From an uncultured Gemmatimonadales bacterium (GTDB lineage Bacteria > Gemmatimonadota > Gemmatimonadetes > Gemmatimonadales > GWC2-71-9): DNA of 64,000 nucleotides. Below the pieces are notes generated by a model, which was not told where the DNA came from, made no database searches, and saw nothing but the letters and a program-made list of their open reading frames with translations. Where the stretch lies: positions 320,001 through 384,000 of the forward strand of contig CAVSQW010000015.1 of NCBI GenBank assembly GCA_963730185.1, in the 5' to 3' direction. A program made the translations under genes and the position numbers. This document shows positions 51,332 through 61,514 of the stretch, in pieces (positions within the stretch are counted from its first letter, which is position 1; each line of letters opens with the position of its first letter).

Positions 51332-51997
51332 TCAGGCGGCGCGGCGGCCCGTCAGCTTGAGGTCGGCTCGCACCCGATTGAGCGCCCGTCGCACCTCGGT
51401 GAAGCGCTCCGCCGTGGTCCCGAGCACCGGGCCGAGCCCGGTCCACTCGGCCAGGTGATGCTCACTGGCTTCCGCGTACCCGCGCTGTCCCAGCGCCTCG
51501 TAGTAGGCGAGCGCTGGGCCGCCGCGGTTCGTCCGCCGAGCCTGGATCCGGTCGGGAAAGATCCCGGTGAGCCAGAGCGCGTAGTTGCCGAGGTGCACGG
51601 ACACCTTGAAGTGACGCTGGCCGTCCGAGCGGGCCAGGTCGGCGAGCAGGTCGACCAGGTAATAGTGATCCTGGTCGTCGGCGTCATCGATCCGGTGGGC
51701 TCGACCACGGACCCCGAACTCGCGGAGCAGGGCGGCGCAGTAGTCGGCCAAGGTGCGGTCATCGAGGCCTTCGGCCACGAGAGCGTGCCGGACGAGGACA
51801 TAGAAGAAGAGCGAGGCGGACGGCCCGGGCATCCGGCCGTCGAGGAGGAAGGCCCGGAGCTCGGTCCGGTCCAGGACCGCGTCGAGGCCCTGGCGGACCA
51901 ACTCGCGGTCGGGCTCGTCCGCCCCGCCGCCGAGGGCCTGACTCAGGAGGGTCAGGTCGTGGGGGGTCAGTTGGCTCCGGGCGTCAGCCGTAATCAT
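51332..51997 (-). CDS. Hypothetical protein
   Basis: Protein-like composition from ATG 51997 (SLFFYVLVRHAL, HLGNYALWLTGIFPD); GGAG upstream. Confidence 0.75.
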   Translation of the reverse strand: MITADARSQLTPHDLTLLSQALGGGADEPDRELVRQGLDAVLDRTELRAFLLDGRMPGPSASLFFYVLVRHALVAEGLDDRTLADYCAALLREFGVRGRAHRIDDADDQDHYYLVDLLADLARSDGQRHFKVSVHLGNYALWLTGIFPDRIQARRTNRGGPALAYYEALGQRGYAEASEHHLAEWTGLGPVLGTTAERFTEVRRALNRVRADLKLTGRRAA

Positions 51998-52111
51998 TCG
52001 ACGCTCCCTTCGGGCGGCCCGGAAGGGCGCCGCGGTCGCTCCGGAACCTCTCAAGATCCGTACCGGTCTGCGGGAGGGGGTTGCGAAGCGGGGTCCAGCT
52101 TCGTATCTATA

Positions 52112-52123
52112 AATGTATACAAT
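52112..52123. promoter_or_regulatory. AATGTATACAAT, copy of the TGTATACA operator
   Basis: In the AT-rich divergent region upstream of the first susC-like gene. Confidence 0.65.
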
Positions 52124-52448
52124 CAAGCAAACCATTGATACTGGTGAGGTTCCGGAGCCGTCGGCCGAGGCGAACGTGTCGATGAAACTCGTGTCCGAAC
52201 GACACGATCGGCAGTATTGCGTGAACGGAAGTCATTTTCGGAACACGGCTTAGCGAAATTCGCCACCCCGGTACGGCGCTTGCCCCTCTGAGGCGCCGCA
52301 CTTCGCAACCGATCCAAACGGAACAACTCGGCGGCCCCGGGATGGGGCGCGGCGACTTCGTAGGTGACAAGGCTCACGTTCAGGGTGAAGTCCGGGTGGG
52401 AAGGGTGGGCCGCCCGGCGATCTCAATTCTCCTCCTGAGGTGTCGACG

Positions 52449-55400
52449 ATGCGAACTGCTGTCTCCCGAAGAGTACGTGCCGGACTCCTCCTGCTCGGAG
52501 GGCTGTTCGTGGTTGGAACGGCCCAGGCGCAGCAGGGGACGATCGCCGGCAAGGTGACCGACGAGGCCAACGGCCAGCCGCTGGCTGGGGCCCGAGTGCA
52601 GGTGGTCAGTCAGCAGGCGTATGCCCTGACCGACCAACAGGGCCACTACACGATTCGTGGCGTCGCGCCGGGCTCCTTCACGCTCCGGGTGTTCGCGCTG
52701 GGATACGGCTCGGTGACCAAGCCCCTGACGCTCGGCGCCGGTGCGAACGAGACGGTCGATTGGGCCTTGAAGTCGGTGCCGTTCCAGTTGGAGGAGATCG
52801 TCACCACGGCCACGGGTGAGCAGGCGACCCGTGAGTTGGGGAATTCGGTCGCCAAGATCCAGGCGGCGCAGCTGGTGGCGACGGCCCCGACGGCCAACTT
52901 GAGCCAAGTGCTGAGCGGCCGGGTGGCGGGCGTCGACGTGCTCCAGAGCAACGGGACCAGCGGGACGGGCGCCCGGATTCGAATCCGGGGTCTCAGTTCG
53001 GTGTCGCTCTCGAACGACCCGCTGCTCTACATCGACGGGATCCGGGTCGCGTCGAATGCCCCGGCCGGCGCCTTCGTCGGCGGGAGCTCGGTTTCGCTGC
53101 TCAACGACCTCAATCCGGAGGAGATCGAGAGCATCGAGATCGTCAAAGGACCGTCCGCGGCGACCCTGTACGGCACCCAGGCGGCCAACGGCGTCATCCG
53201 GGTGACGACCAAGCGGGGCCGGGCCGGCGCGCCGGTGTGGAACTTCACCGCCGAGGGCGGGATCCTGCACGACGGCTATGACTACCCGAAGGTCTATTTC
53301 AACGCCTCCGCGGCGGATCCCAACGCCGACTGTCTGACCTACATGGAAGCACTCGGCCAGTGCACGGTGGCGAACCGCTACACGCTCAACCTCCTCAACG
53401 ATCCGGCGACGACCCCGATCTCGACGGGGTACCGGAACCAGGTCGGCCTGAGCGTCGGCGGCGGCTCCGAGCTGATCCGCTACTACGTCGCGGCCGAGTC
53501 GGAGCTCGAGACCGGCGTGCTGAAGCTGCCGGATTCCGAGCAGCAGTTCCTGGTAAGCGAGCGCGGGCTGAGCGGCGTGAGCGCCCTTCCGCACAACCAG
53601 GTTCGGCCTAACCACTTCAACAAGTACAGCTTCCGAACCAACCTGAACTCGAGTCCGCGGAGCAACCTCGACCTGGCGATGTCGTCGGGCTACGTCGTCA
53701 ACAACATCCGGCTGCCGCAGACCGGCGACAACTTCGAGTCGATGATCGGGACCGCGCTGTTTGGCTCCGCCAACCCGAACGTCGTGGCCCAGACGGCCGG
53801 CTACGGCTTCAGCCGGCCGGCCAACTCGGCCGGCGAGGTCACCTGGCGGAAGCAGGATCACTTCATCAACAGCGCCACGGCCAACTGGCGGCCCTACTCC
53901 TGGCTCTCGGCTCGGGGTACCCTGGGGCTCGACTACCTGCTCTATACCGACGAGCAGGACATTCTGAACGGCCAGGGTTGCGTCACCTGCGGCACCGAGC
54001 GGCAGGGCAAGCGTCAGCTGGATCGTTACACCGACACCAAGTACACGGTCGACCTGAACGCGACGGCCCAGTACCACGTGACCAGCCGGATCTCGTCCAA
54101 GACGTCGGTCGGCGCGCAGTACAACCACGACAAGCTGTTCGGCGTTCTGGCGACCGCCAACATCCTGCCGCCGGGCATCATCTCGCTCTCGGCCGGTGCT
54201 CAGAACACGCTGAGCGAGCAGACGACCGACGTGATTACCCTGGGCACCTACGTCGAGCAGCAGTTCGGCATCGACGACCGGCTCTTCCTGACCGGCGCGC
54301 TCCGGGTCGACGACAACAGCGCCTTCGGTGCCAGCTTCCGCTCGGCCTACTATCCCAAGGTATCGGGGTCGTGGGTGGCGATGGAGAACAAGGACCGGGG
54401 CCTGCTCAACAGCCTCCGGTTCCGGGCCGCCTACGGCGCCACGGGCCAGTCCCCGCGCCCGCTGGACGCGCTCACCTATTCGTCGCCGGTCACGGCGTCG
54501 ATCTTCAATCAGTCTTCGACCCCGGGCGTCACGCTCGGTGGTCTCGGCGACCCGACGCTCAAGCCGGAGCGGTCCCGGGAGATCGAGGCGGGCTTCGACG
54601 CGGGGCTCCTCAACAACCGGATCAACGTCGAGTTCACCCTCTACGACAAGAAGACCAAGGACGCGCTGGTGCTCCGAACGCAGCCCTACTCGCTGGGCGG
54701 CGTCTCGCAGCGGCTCGAGAACGTCGGCGTGGTGAGCAACAAGGGGATCGAGATCTCGCTCAACACCCGGGTGATCGAGTCCCGGAACCTGAACTGGGAC
54801 CTCCAGGTCGAGGCCGCCGGCAATCGGAACCGGCTCGTGTCGCTCGCGCCCGGCGTTCCGCCGATCGTCGGCTTCGGATTCAAGAACATTCCCGGCTATC
54901 CGATGTTCGGGCTCTGGTGGCAGGGGCTCCTGAGCTACTCCGACGCCGACAACAACGGCGCCATCGATCCGTCCGAGGTCGTGGTCAGCGACACCCTGGT
55001 GTTCCTGGGGCCCACCGTTCCGACCCGGACGCTCTCGGTCAACACCAGCCTCGCCCTGTTCAACAACCGGCTCCGGATCGGTGGGCAGTTCGACTACAAG
55101 GGCGGCAACGTGAGCCACAATGTCAACGGCTTGTTCCAGTGCGCCTTCCAGGTGAACTGTCAGGCCCTTCACGATCCCAGCGCGTCGCTGGCCGACCAGG
55201 CCGCCGCCGTGGCCGGGGGCCGGGCCTTCGGGGCCTACGCCCAGAACGCCGAGTTCATCCGGCTTCGCGAGGCGTCGATCAGCTACACCGCGCCGAACTC
55301 GATGGCGCGCGCGGTCGGGGCCCGGTCGATGACTTTCGTCCTGACGGGTCGCAATCTCTGGCTCAAGAAGTTCGGCTTCACGAGCTGGGATCCGGAGAAC

Positions 55401-55490
55401 GTGACCCAGTCCGCCGACGCGGCCAACTACAATTTCGTGCAGCAGCCGCAGCCGGTGTACGGCATCCTGCGCGTCAACCTCGCTTTCTGA
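52449..55490 (+). CDS. SusC/RagA family TonB-dependent outer membrane transporter
   Basis: Carboxypeptidase-regulatory-like N-domain, LEEIVTT, RIRGLSS, DPLLYIDG, IEIVKGPSAATLYG, LKPERS, C-terminal Phe. Confidence 0.95.
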   Translation: MRTAVSRRVRAGLLLLGGLFVVGTAQAQQGTIAGKVTDEANGQPLAGARVQVVSQQAYALTDQQGHYTIRGVAPGSFTLRVFALGYGSVTKPLTLGAGANETVDWALKSVPFQLEEIVTTATGEQATRELGNSVAKIQAAQLVATAPTANLSQVLSGRVAGVDVLQSNGTSGTGARIRIRGLSSVSLSNDPLLYIDGIRVASNAPAGAFVGGSSVSLLNDLNPEEIESIEIVKGPSAATLYGTQAANGVIRVTTKRGRAGAPVWNFTAEGGILHDGYDYPKVYFNASAADPNADCLTYMEALGQCTVANRYTLNLLNDPATTPISTGYRNQVGLSVGGGSELIRYYVAAESELETGVLKLPDSEQQFLVSERGLSGVSALPHNQVRPNHFNKYSFRTNLNSSPRSNLDLAMSSGYVVNNIRLPQTGDNFESMIGTALFGSANPNVVAQTAGYGFSRPANSAGEVTWRKQDHFINSATANWRPYSWLSARGTLGLDYLLYTDEQDILNGQGCVTCGTERQGKRQLDRYTDTKYTVDLNATAQYHVTSRISSKTSVGAQYNHDKLFGVLATANILPPGIISLSAGAQNTLSEQTTDVITLGTYVEQQFGIDDRLFLTGALRVDDNSAFGASFRSAYYPKVSGSWVAMENKDRGLLNSLRFRAAYGATGQSPRPLDALTYSSPVTASIFNQSSTPGVTLGGLGDPTLKPERSREIEAGFDAGLLNNRINVEFTLYDKKTKDALVLRTQPYSLGGVSQRLENVGVVSNKGIEISLNTRVIESRNLNWDLQVEAAGNRNRLVSLAPGVPPIVGFGFKNIPGYPMFGLWWQGLLSYSDADNNGAIDPSEVVVSDTLVFLGPTVPTRTLSVNTSLALFNNRLRIGGQFDYKGGNVSHNVNGLFQCAFQVNCQALHDPSASLADQAAAVAGGRAFGAYAQNAEFIRLREASISYTAPNSMARAVGARSMTFVLTGRNLWLKKFGFTSWDPENVTQSADAANYNFVQQPQPVYGILRVNLAF

Positions 55491-55521
55491 GCCGCCACCG
55501 GCGCGAAAGGACCAGATAGCT

Positions 55522-56862
55522 ATGATGGGCAAGCGATTCACGGGATGGGCTGGGGTGGCGTCGACCGCCGCGTTGCTGGGCGTCGTCGCTCTGGCTGGCT
55601 GTTCGAAGTCCGACATTCTCCAGGCCGACACGCCGGACGTCATCACGCCCGACAATCTGGGCGGTCCGGTCGGTCTCGAGGCCCTCTATACCGGCGCCAT
55701 CTCCGACTTGGTAGTGGCCTCCACCGGCGGGTTGGGCGTGGTGCTCTATTCGGGGCTCTTCACCGACGAGCTGATTCATGCCAGCACGCCGCCGGCGGTT
55801 CGGGAATGGGACCTCCGGGCGGTGCTGTCGACCAACCAAGTCGCGACGGCCGGTCCCAATCCGGCGACCGGTGCCACGGGCGGGCCGTTCATCGGCCTCC
55901 AGATTGCCCGCACGGCGCTCGAAGGGGCGGCGCGGAAGCTGCCGGCCAACGATGCCCGGACCGGTGAGCTCTGGGCTCTGGCCGGGATGAGCTATGTGAT
56001 GTTCGGCGAGCTCTGGTGCTCGGGCACGCCGTTCTCCGAGCGCGACCCGACGGTCGAGCTCGGGAACCCGCTCACCACGACCGAGATGTTCGATCGGGCG
56101 CTCGATCGGCTGAACAGCGCCGCCAGCAACGCCGGCGGAGACGCGCGGGTCATGAACCTGACGGCCGTGCTCAAGGGGCGAGCCCTCCTCAACGAGGGCA
56201 AGTTCGCCGAGGCCGCGGCGGCGGTGGGGGGCGTGCCGACGGACTTCGAGTACGACTTCTACCATGGCGCCCCGCCGGCCCGGCAGACGAACCAGGTTCA
56301 GCTCCAGACTGCGAGTGACATCTACTCGGTGCCCGATCATGACGGCACCAACGGGCTGGACTTCGCCACCGCCGCCGATCCGCGGGTCCCGGTCTCGGCC
56401 CCGCGTCTGTCGCGGAACGATGGCGTCACCACGATGGTGGTGGCACTCAAGTACCCCAGCATCGACTCACCCGTGCCGATGGTGACCGGCATCGAGGCCC
56501 GCTTGATCGAGGCCGAAGCTGCGCTCCAGGCGGGCACTTCGGGGCTCTGGCTCCAGAAGCTCAACGATGCCCGGGCCACGGTCGCGGGGCTGGCGCCCCT
56601 GACCGATCCGGGGACGGCCACCGGCCGGGTGGACCTGATGTTCCGGGAGCGGGCCTTCTGGATGTATCTCACCGCGCACCGGCTGGGCGACCTCCGCCGC
56701 CTGGTCACCCAGTACGGGCGGGCCAAGGAGTCGGTGTATCCGACCGGCGACTATCACAAGCAGGGCTTGACCCACGGCACCCAGGCAACCCTCATCGTGC
56801 CGCAGCCCGAGGAGAATAACCCGAACTACGTGCCGACCGACTGCACGGTTGACACGCCGTGA
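55522..56862 (+). CDS. SusD/RagB family lipoprotein
   Basis: Lipobox [40 protein letters not shown]. Confidence 0.9.
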   Translation: MMGKRFTGWAGVASTAALLGVVALAGCSKSDILQADTPDVITPDNLGGPVGLEALYTGAISDLVVASTGGLGVVLYSGLFTDELIHASTPPAVREWDLRAVLSTNQVATAGPNPATGATGGPFIGLQIARTALEGAARKLPANDARTGELWALAGMSYVMFGELWCSGTPFSERDPTVELGNPLTTTEMFDRALDRLNSAASNAGGDARVMNLTAVLKGRALLNEGKFAEAAAAVGGVPTDFEYDFYHGAPPARQTNQVQLQTASDIYSVPDHDGTNGLDFATAADPRVPVSAPRLSRNDGVTTMVVALKYPSIDSPVPMVTGIEARLIEAEAALQAGTSGLWLQKLNDARATVAGLAPLTDPGTATGRVDLMFRERAFWMYLTAHRLGDLRRLVTQYGRAKESVYPTGDYHKQGLTHGTQATLIVPQPEENNPNYVPTDCTVDTP

Positions 56863-56913
56863 GGTCGGGGAAGCACCTGGTGCGAGGTGAGAACTAGCAG
56901 TCGGGACAGTTCG

Positions 56914-56941
56914 GTGATACCGTAGGAGGTTGCGGTATCAC
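56914..56941. other. Intergenic hairpin GTGATACCGTA-N6-TGCGGTATCAC
   Basis: 11-bp stem between susD1 and susC2, followed by a second UUCG-capped hairpin. Confidence 0.5.
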
Positions 56942-57038
56942 GGCAGGGAATGGAGGCTCGGGGCCGGTTCGCCGGCTCCGGCCTTCAGCGGTTTCCGCAG
57001 CATCCAACCCCATACTTCCCTTGCGGGGAGGCACCATA

Positions 57039-60000
57039 GTGCGCCGAATGCTCGCATGTCTCGTGGTGGCGGGGGCCGTGATGGCTGTCGCCACGCCGGC
57101 GTTTGCCCAGCAGGCAACCGTCACCGGCAAGGTGACCGACCAGGCGCGTGGCCTCGCCTTAGCCGGCGCCCGGGTCCAAGCCAGCGGTACCAACTACTAC
57201 GCCATCTCGAATCAGGAAGGGGTCTACACCATCAAAGGTGTGAGTCCCGGGGCGTATGCGTTCCGGGTCATCATGCTCGGCTATGCGTCGCAGACCAAGA
57301 CGGTGACCGTGGCGGCCGGGGGAACCACCACCCTCGACTGGTCGCTCAACGCGGTGCCGTACACCCTCGAGGAGGTCGTCACGACCGCGACGGGTGAGCA
57401 GCTCAAGCGGGAACTGGGGAACACGGTCGGGACGATCGACGCGCCCCAGCTGGTGGCCACGGCCGAGACGCCGAACTTGACGGCCGTCCTGAATGGGCGG
57501 GTCGCGGGCGTGACCGTGATCCAGAACGACGGGATGGCCGGCAGCGGCTCGCGGATCCGGATCCGGGGCATCAGCTCGGTGTCGATGAGCAACGATCCGC
57601 TGCTCTATGTCGACGGCATCCGGGTGGAGCAGCGGGGGGTTGGCTTGTCGGTCAGCAACGGCGGCAACTCCCCCTCGTTCCTGAACGACATCAACCCGGA
57701 GGACATCGCCAACATCGAGATCGTCAAGGGGCCGTCGGCGGCGACGCTCTACGGCACCCAGGCGGCCAACGGCGTCATCCGCATCACGACCAAACGGGGA
57801 CGCGCCGGGGCGCCCAAGTGGACGCTCACCACCGAGCAGGGCATGGTGCACGACCCGAACAAGTACCTGTCCGTCTGGTACTCGCAGGACGCCGCCGGCA
57901 CGGGCCAGTGCTTCCCCTTCCAGCAGGCGCTGGGACAGTGCACCATCGGCAATCTCTATAGCAAGAACATCATGCGGGATTCCTACACCAGCCCGCTGAA
58001 GGACGCCTACCGGTCGCAGTACAGCGCCCAGGTGGCCGGCGGCAGCGAGGCGGTCCGCTATTTCGTCGCGGCCGAGTTCGAGAACCAGGATGGCACCCTG
58101 AAGATGCCCCAGTCGGAGATCGACTTCCTCAAGACCATCCGGGGCGCCGATGCGGTCATCCCGAAGGACCAGCTCGATCCCAACACGCTGCGGAAGATCA
58201 GCGTGCGGACCAACCTGTCCGCGAACTTGGGCAGCAAGGCCGACGTCGCTCTCAACCTGGGGTACATCAACAACAACAACCGGATCGCGCAGTCCGGCGA
58301 CAACCTGGAAGGCGTGTTCGGCGCCGCGACCTACGGGACCGCCGATCCGACGGCGGCCAGCCCCTATGGATTCGCCCGGCCGGCCTGGGGCTTCGCCGAC
58401 ACCGAGTACCGGTTGAGCAACCATTTCATCAACAGCGGCACGGCCAACTACCGGCCGTTCACCTGGCTGTCGTCGCGAGCCACGGTCGGGTTGGACTACA
58501 TCGCTTACGAGGACCAGCAGCTCGCTCGCAACGGTGAGTCCTGTCCCTTCTGCGGCAACCCGGAGGGCATCCGGGCCCTCAATCGATTCCAGAGCTACAA
58601 GTATTCGGTCGACCTCGGCGCCACGGCCACCTTCAAGCTCACCAGCCGGATCGGCTCGAAGACCTCGCTCGGGGCGCAGTACAACAAGGACAACTTGACG
58701 ACCTCGCTCAACACGGGGACGGTCCTGCCGCCGGGCGCCCAGACGTTCACCGGCGCGGCCAACAAGTCGTCCAGCGAGTCGACCACCAAGTTCGTGACCC
58801 TGGGTTCCTACATCGAGCAGCAGTTCAGCCTCGACGACCGGCTCTTCGTCACCGGCGCGGTCCGGATCGACCAGAACAGCGCCTTCGGCGTCGGCTCACG
58901 CTCCGCGACCTATCCCAAGGTGTCTGCCTCGTGGGTCGCGGTCGACAATCATGGTGGCCTGCTCAACTCGCTCCGCTTCCGGGCCGCCTACGGCGCCTCG
59001 GGCCAGCAGCCGGGCCCGCTCGACGCGGTCCAGTTCTACTCGGGTACCACCAACGCCGTCTTCGGTGGCTTGGGCCCGGGCGTCAGCCTCGGGAACCTGG
59101 CCACCTTCGCCAGCGGTCTCGGCAACACGACCCTGAAGCCCGAACGCTCCAACGAATTCGAGGGCGGGTTCGACCTGGGCCTCTTCGACAGCCACTGGAC
59201 CCTGGAGGCTACGGTCTACCAGAAGAAGACGTCCGATGCCTTGGTCCAGCGGCTCCTCCCCGGCTCGCTCGGCGCGGTCCAGTCCCGCACCGACAACGTG
59301 GGCGACGTCAAGAACGAAGGGATCGAGCTCTCCCTCCTCGGCCGGCTGATCGACAGTCCCAAGCTCCAATGGGACATCCAGGTCGAGGTTTCCGGCAACC
59401 GGAATCGGCTCGTCGCCCTCGCGGAAGGGGTCCCGCCGCCGACCGGCTTCGGGTTCCAGCAGGCGGTTGGCTTCCCGCTCTACGGGATCTGGTGGCCCAA
59501 GATCACCTCGTACGCCGACGCCAACGGCGACGGCTTCATCGACCCCAGCGAAGTGAGCGTCACCGACACGGCGGTCTTCAATGGGGGCACCATCCCGAGC
59601 CGCACGATCTCGCTCGGGTCCAACATCGCGCTGTTCGGGGGGAAGCTTCGGATCGGCGGCCAGCTCGACTACAAGGGCGGCTATGTGTCGCACGATGTGA
59701 GCACCATGTTCCAGTGCCTCTTCGTGGGCGACTGCCAGTACCTCAACGATCCCAACACGTCGCTTTATGACCAGGCCCGCGCGGTGAGCGGCGTCTTCGG
59801 CGATTGGGCCGAGCCGGGCGACTACCTCCGGCTCCGGGAGGCGAACGTCTCCTGGACCCTGCCCCGGGGAGTCAGCCGGGCCTTCCGGGCGTCGAACGCG
59901 ATGGTGACCGTCACCGGCCGGAACCTCTGGCTGCATTTCCTGAAGGGCTTCGGGGGCTGGGACTCCGAGATCAACACCGTGGCCGGCGTCGCGGGCGACG

Positions 60001-60071
60001 GACCGGCGTACAACTTCGTCCAGCCCGGGCAGTCCCGGTACGTGTCCGTCCGCCTCCAACTGACTTTTTGA
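57039..60071 (+). CDS. SusC/RagA family TonB-dependent outer membrane transporter (paralog 2)
   Basis: Same motifs as paralog 1; GGAGG SD before GTG 57039; C-terminal Phe. Confidence 0.95.
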   Translation: MRRMLACLVVAGAVMAVATPAFAQQATVTGKVTDQARGLALAGARVQASGTNYYAISNQEGVYTIKGVSPGAYAFRVIMLGYASQTKTVTVAAGGTTTLDWSLNAVPYTLEEVVTTATGEQLKRELGNTVGTIDAPQLVATAETPNLTAVLNGRVAGVTVIQNDGMAGSGSRIRIRGISSVSMSNDPLLYVDGIRVEQRGVGLSVSNGGNSPSFLNDINPEDIANIEIVKGPSAATLYGTQAANGVIRITTKRGRAGAPKWTLTTEQGMVHDPNKYLSVWYSQDAAGTGQCFPFQQALGQCTIGNLYSKNIMRDSYTSPLKDAYRSQYSAQVAGGSEAVRYFVAAEFENQDGTLKMPQSEIDFLKTIRGADAVIPKDQLDPNTLRKISVRTNLSANLGSKADVALNLGYINNNNRIAQSGDNLEGVFGAATYGTADPTAASPYGFARPAWGFADTEYRLSNHFINSGTANYRPFTWLSSRATVGLDYIAYEDQQLARNGESCPFCGNPEGIRALNRFQSYKYSVDLGATATFKLTSRIGSKTSLGAQYNKDNLTTSLNTGTVLPPGAQTFTGAANKSSSESTTKFVTLGSYIEQQFSLDDRLFVTGAVRIDQNSAFGVGSRSATYPKVSASWVAVDNHGGLLNSLRFRAAYGASGQQPGPLDAVQFYSGTTNAVFGGLGPGVSLGNLATFASGLGNTTLKPERSNEFEGGFDLGLFDSHWTLEATVYQKKTSDALVQRLLPGSLGAVQSRTDNVGDVKNEGIELSLLGRLIDSPKLQWDIQVEVSGNRNRLVALAEGVPPPTGFGFQQAVGFPLYGIWWPKITSYADANGDGFIDPSEVSVTDTAVFNGGTIPSRTISLGSNIALFGGKLRIGGQLDYKGGYVSHDVSTMFQCLFVGDCQYLNDPNTSLYDQARAVSGVFGDWAEPGDYLRLREANVSWTLPRGVSRAFRASNAMVTVTGRNLWLHFLKGFGGWDSEINTVAGVAGDGPAYNFVQPGQSRYVSVRLQLTF

Positions 60072-60084
60072 GAGGAGGCCTCCC

Positions 60085-61416
60085 ATGAAACCCATGAGCC
60101 CTATGGCCATCCCGACCTTCCGCTCGGCCCTCGCCCGCCGGGGGTTCGCCGTGCTCGTCACGGCGGCCCTGGCGGCGTGCTCCACCAGCGACCTCCTCAA
60201 CGTGGAGCGGCCCGACATCATCGACCCGGGCAACCTGCAGGGTGCCCTGGGCGCCACGGCGTACTACAACGGCGCGATCGGCGACGTGGCGTACTCACAG
60301 GGGACCTTCAGCGGCCTGATGCTGATGTCCGGCCTGTTCAGCGACGAGTTCATCTTCGGCGGGACCCCGCCCGAGGTCCGGCAGTTCGACCTGGGCGCGG
60401 TGGTAGTCAGCAACTCGTTCTCGCAGAGCATCTACCTCAACCTCCACCGCGGGCGGGTGTCGGCCCAGAAGGCCGCCGCGGCGCTGGCCGCAGTCGATCC
60501 GGCCGATCCCCGGATCGGCGAGATGAACGCGCTCCAGGCGCTCGAAACCATCTGGATCGGCGAGCACTACTGCGCCGGCGCGCCGCTCAGCGACTACGGG
60601 CCCCCGATCGTCTACGGAGACCCGATGTCGACCGACCAGCTCTTCCAGGCGGCGGTCGATCTGCTCACCACCGCCGCCACCAAGGCGACCGATGCGCGGA
60701 TCGTGAACTTGATCAAGGTGCTCAAGGGCCGGGCCCTGCTCGACCTGGGGCAATACGCCCAGGCCGCCACCGCGGTTGCCGGGGTGCCGGACGACTACGT
60801 GTACCAGATGCTGTTCTCGTCGTCGGACCCGCGGACCCAGAATAACATGAAGGCCTTCGTCTTCGATTTCGACTACATGTCGGTCGGTAACAGCGAAGGC
60901 ACCAACGGGCTCAACTTCGCGACGGCCGACGATCCCCGGGTTCCGGTCCAGTTCATCGGCCCGTCCCAGTTCGATAACAAGACGCCGGACTACCAGCTCC
61001 TCACCTATCAGGCCTTCGGCGACCCGATCATCGACGCGAGCGGCGTCGAGGCCCGGTTGATCGAGGCCGAAGCGGCGCTCAATGCCGGCGACCCGACGAC
61101 CTGGCTCAACAAGCTCAACGAAGCCAGAACGGCCTGGCCGGGGCTGACGCCCTTGACCGATCCGGGCACCGCCAGTGCCCGAGTCGATCTGACGTTCCGC
61201 GAGCGGGCCTTCTCGATGTTCTCGACCGGCCACCGGGTTGGGGATCTTCGCCGTCTGGTGCGGCAGTACGGACGGGCGATCACCGCGACGTTCCCGACCG
61301 GCGCGTATCACAAGGACAACTTGACCCGCGGCAACCAAGCCAGCATCATCGTGCCGCAGACGGAGCAGAACAACCCTAACTACACCGCCTCGGCCTGCGA
61401 TCCGAATCAGGCCTGA
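60085..61416 (+). CDS. SusD/RagB family lipoprotein (paralog 2)
   Basis: Lipobox LAAC, EARLIEAEA, ERAFSMFSTGHRVGDLRR. Confidence 0.9.
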   Translation: MKPMSPMAIPTFRSALARRGFAVLVTAALAACSTSDLLNVERPDIIDPGNLQGALGATAYYNGAIGDVAYSQGTFSGLMLMSGLFSDEFIFGGTPPEVRQFDLGAVVVSNSFSQSIYLNLHRGRVSAQKAAAALAAVDPADPRIGEMNALQALETIWIGEHYCAGAPLSDYGPPIVYGDPMSTDQLFQAAVDLLTTAATKATDARIVNLIKVLKGRALLDLGQYAQAATAVAGVPDDYVYQMLFSSSDPRTQNNMKAFVFDFDYMSVGNSEGTNGLNFATADDPRVPVQFIGPSQFDNKTPDYQLLTYQAFGDPIIDASGVEARLIEAEAALNAGDPTTWLNKLNEARTAWPGLTPLTDPGTASARVDLTFRERAFSMFSTGHRVGDLRRLVRQYGRAITATFPTGAYHKDNLTRGNQASIIVPQTEQNNPNYTASACDPNQA

Positions 61417-61440
61417 GCCGCACCATCCGATCCAAACCGG

Positions 61441-61471
61441 GGAGCCGCCGCAAGGCGGCTCCTTCGTTTAT
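61441..61471 (+). terminator. Rho-independent terminator after susD2
   Basis: GGAGCCGCC-GCAA-GGCGGCTCC-TTCGTTTAT. Confidence 0.8.
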
Positions 61472-61514
61472 CTTCCTGCCGATCTCGACCTCGCCTTCGA
61501 CCCCGGCCCCGCGC

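Noticed and set aside
52380..55655. Very long antisense or alternate-frame ORFs (e.g. 52380-55655 minus, 7678-10527 plus, 22257-24377 plus, 41267-43330 minus)
   Set aside because: Shadow ORFs expected at high GC; they overlap well-supported genes and have no motifs
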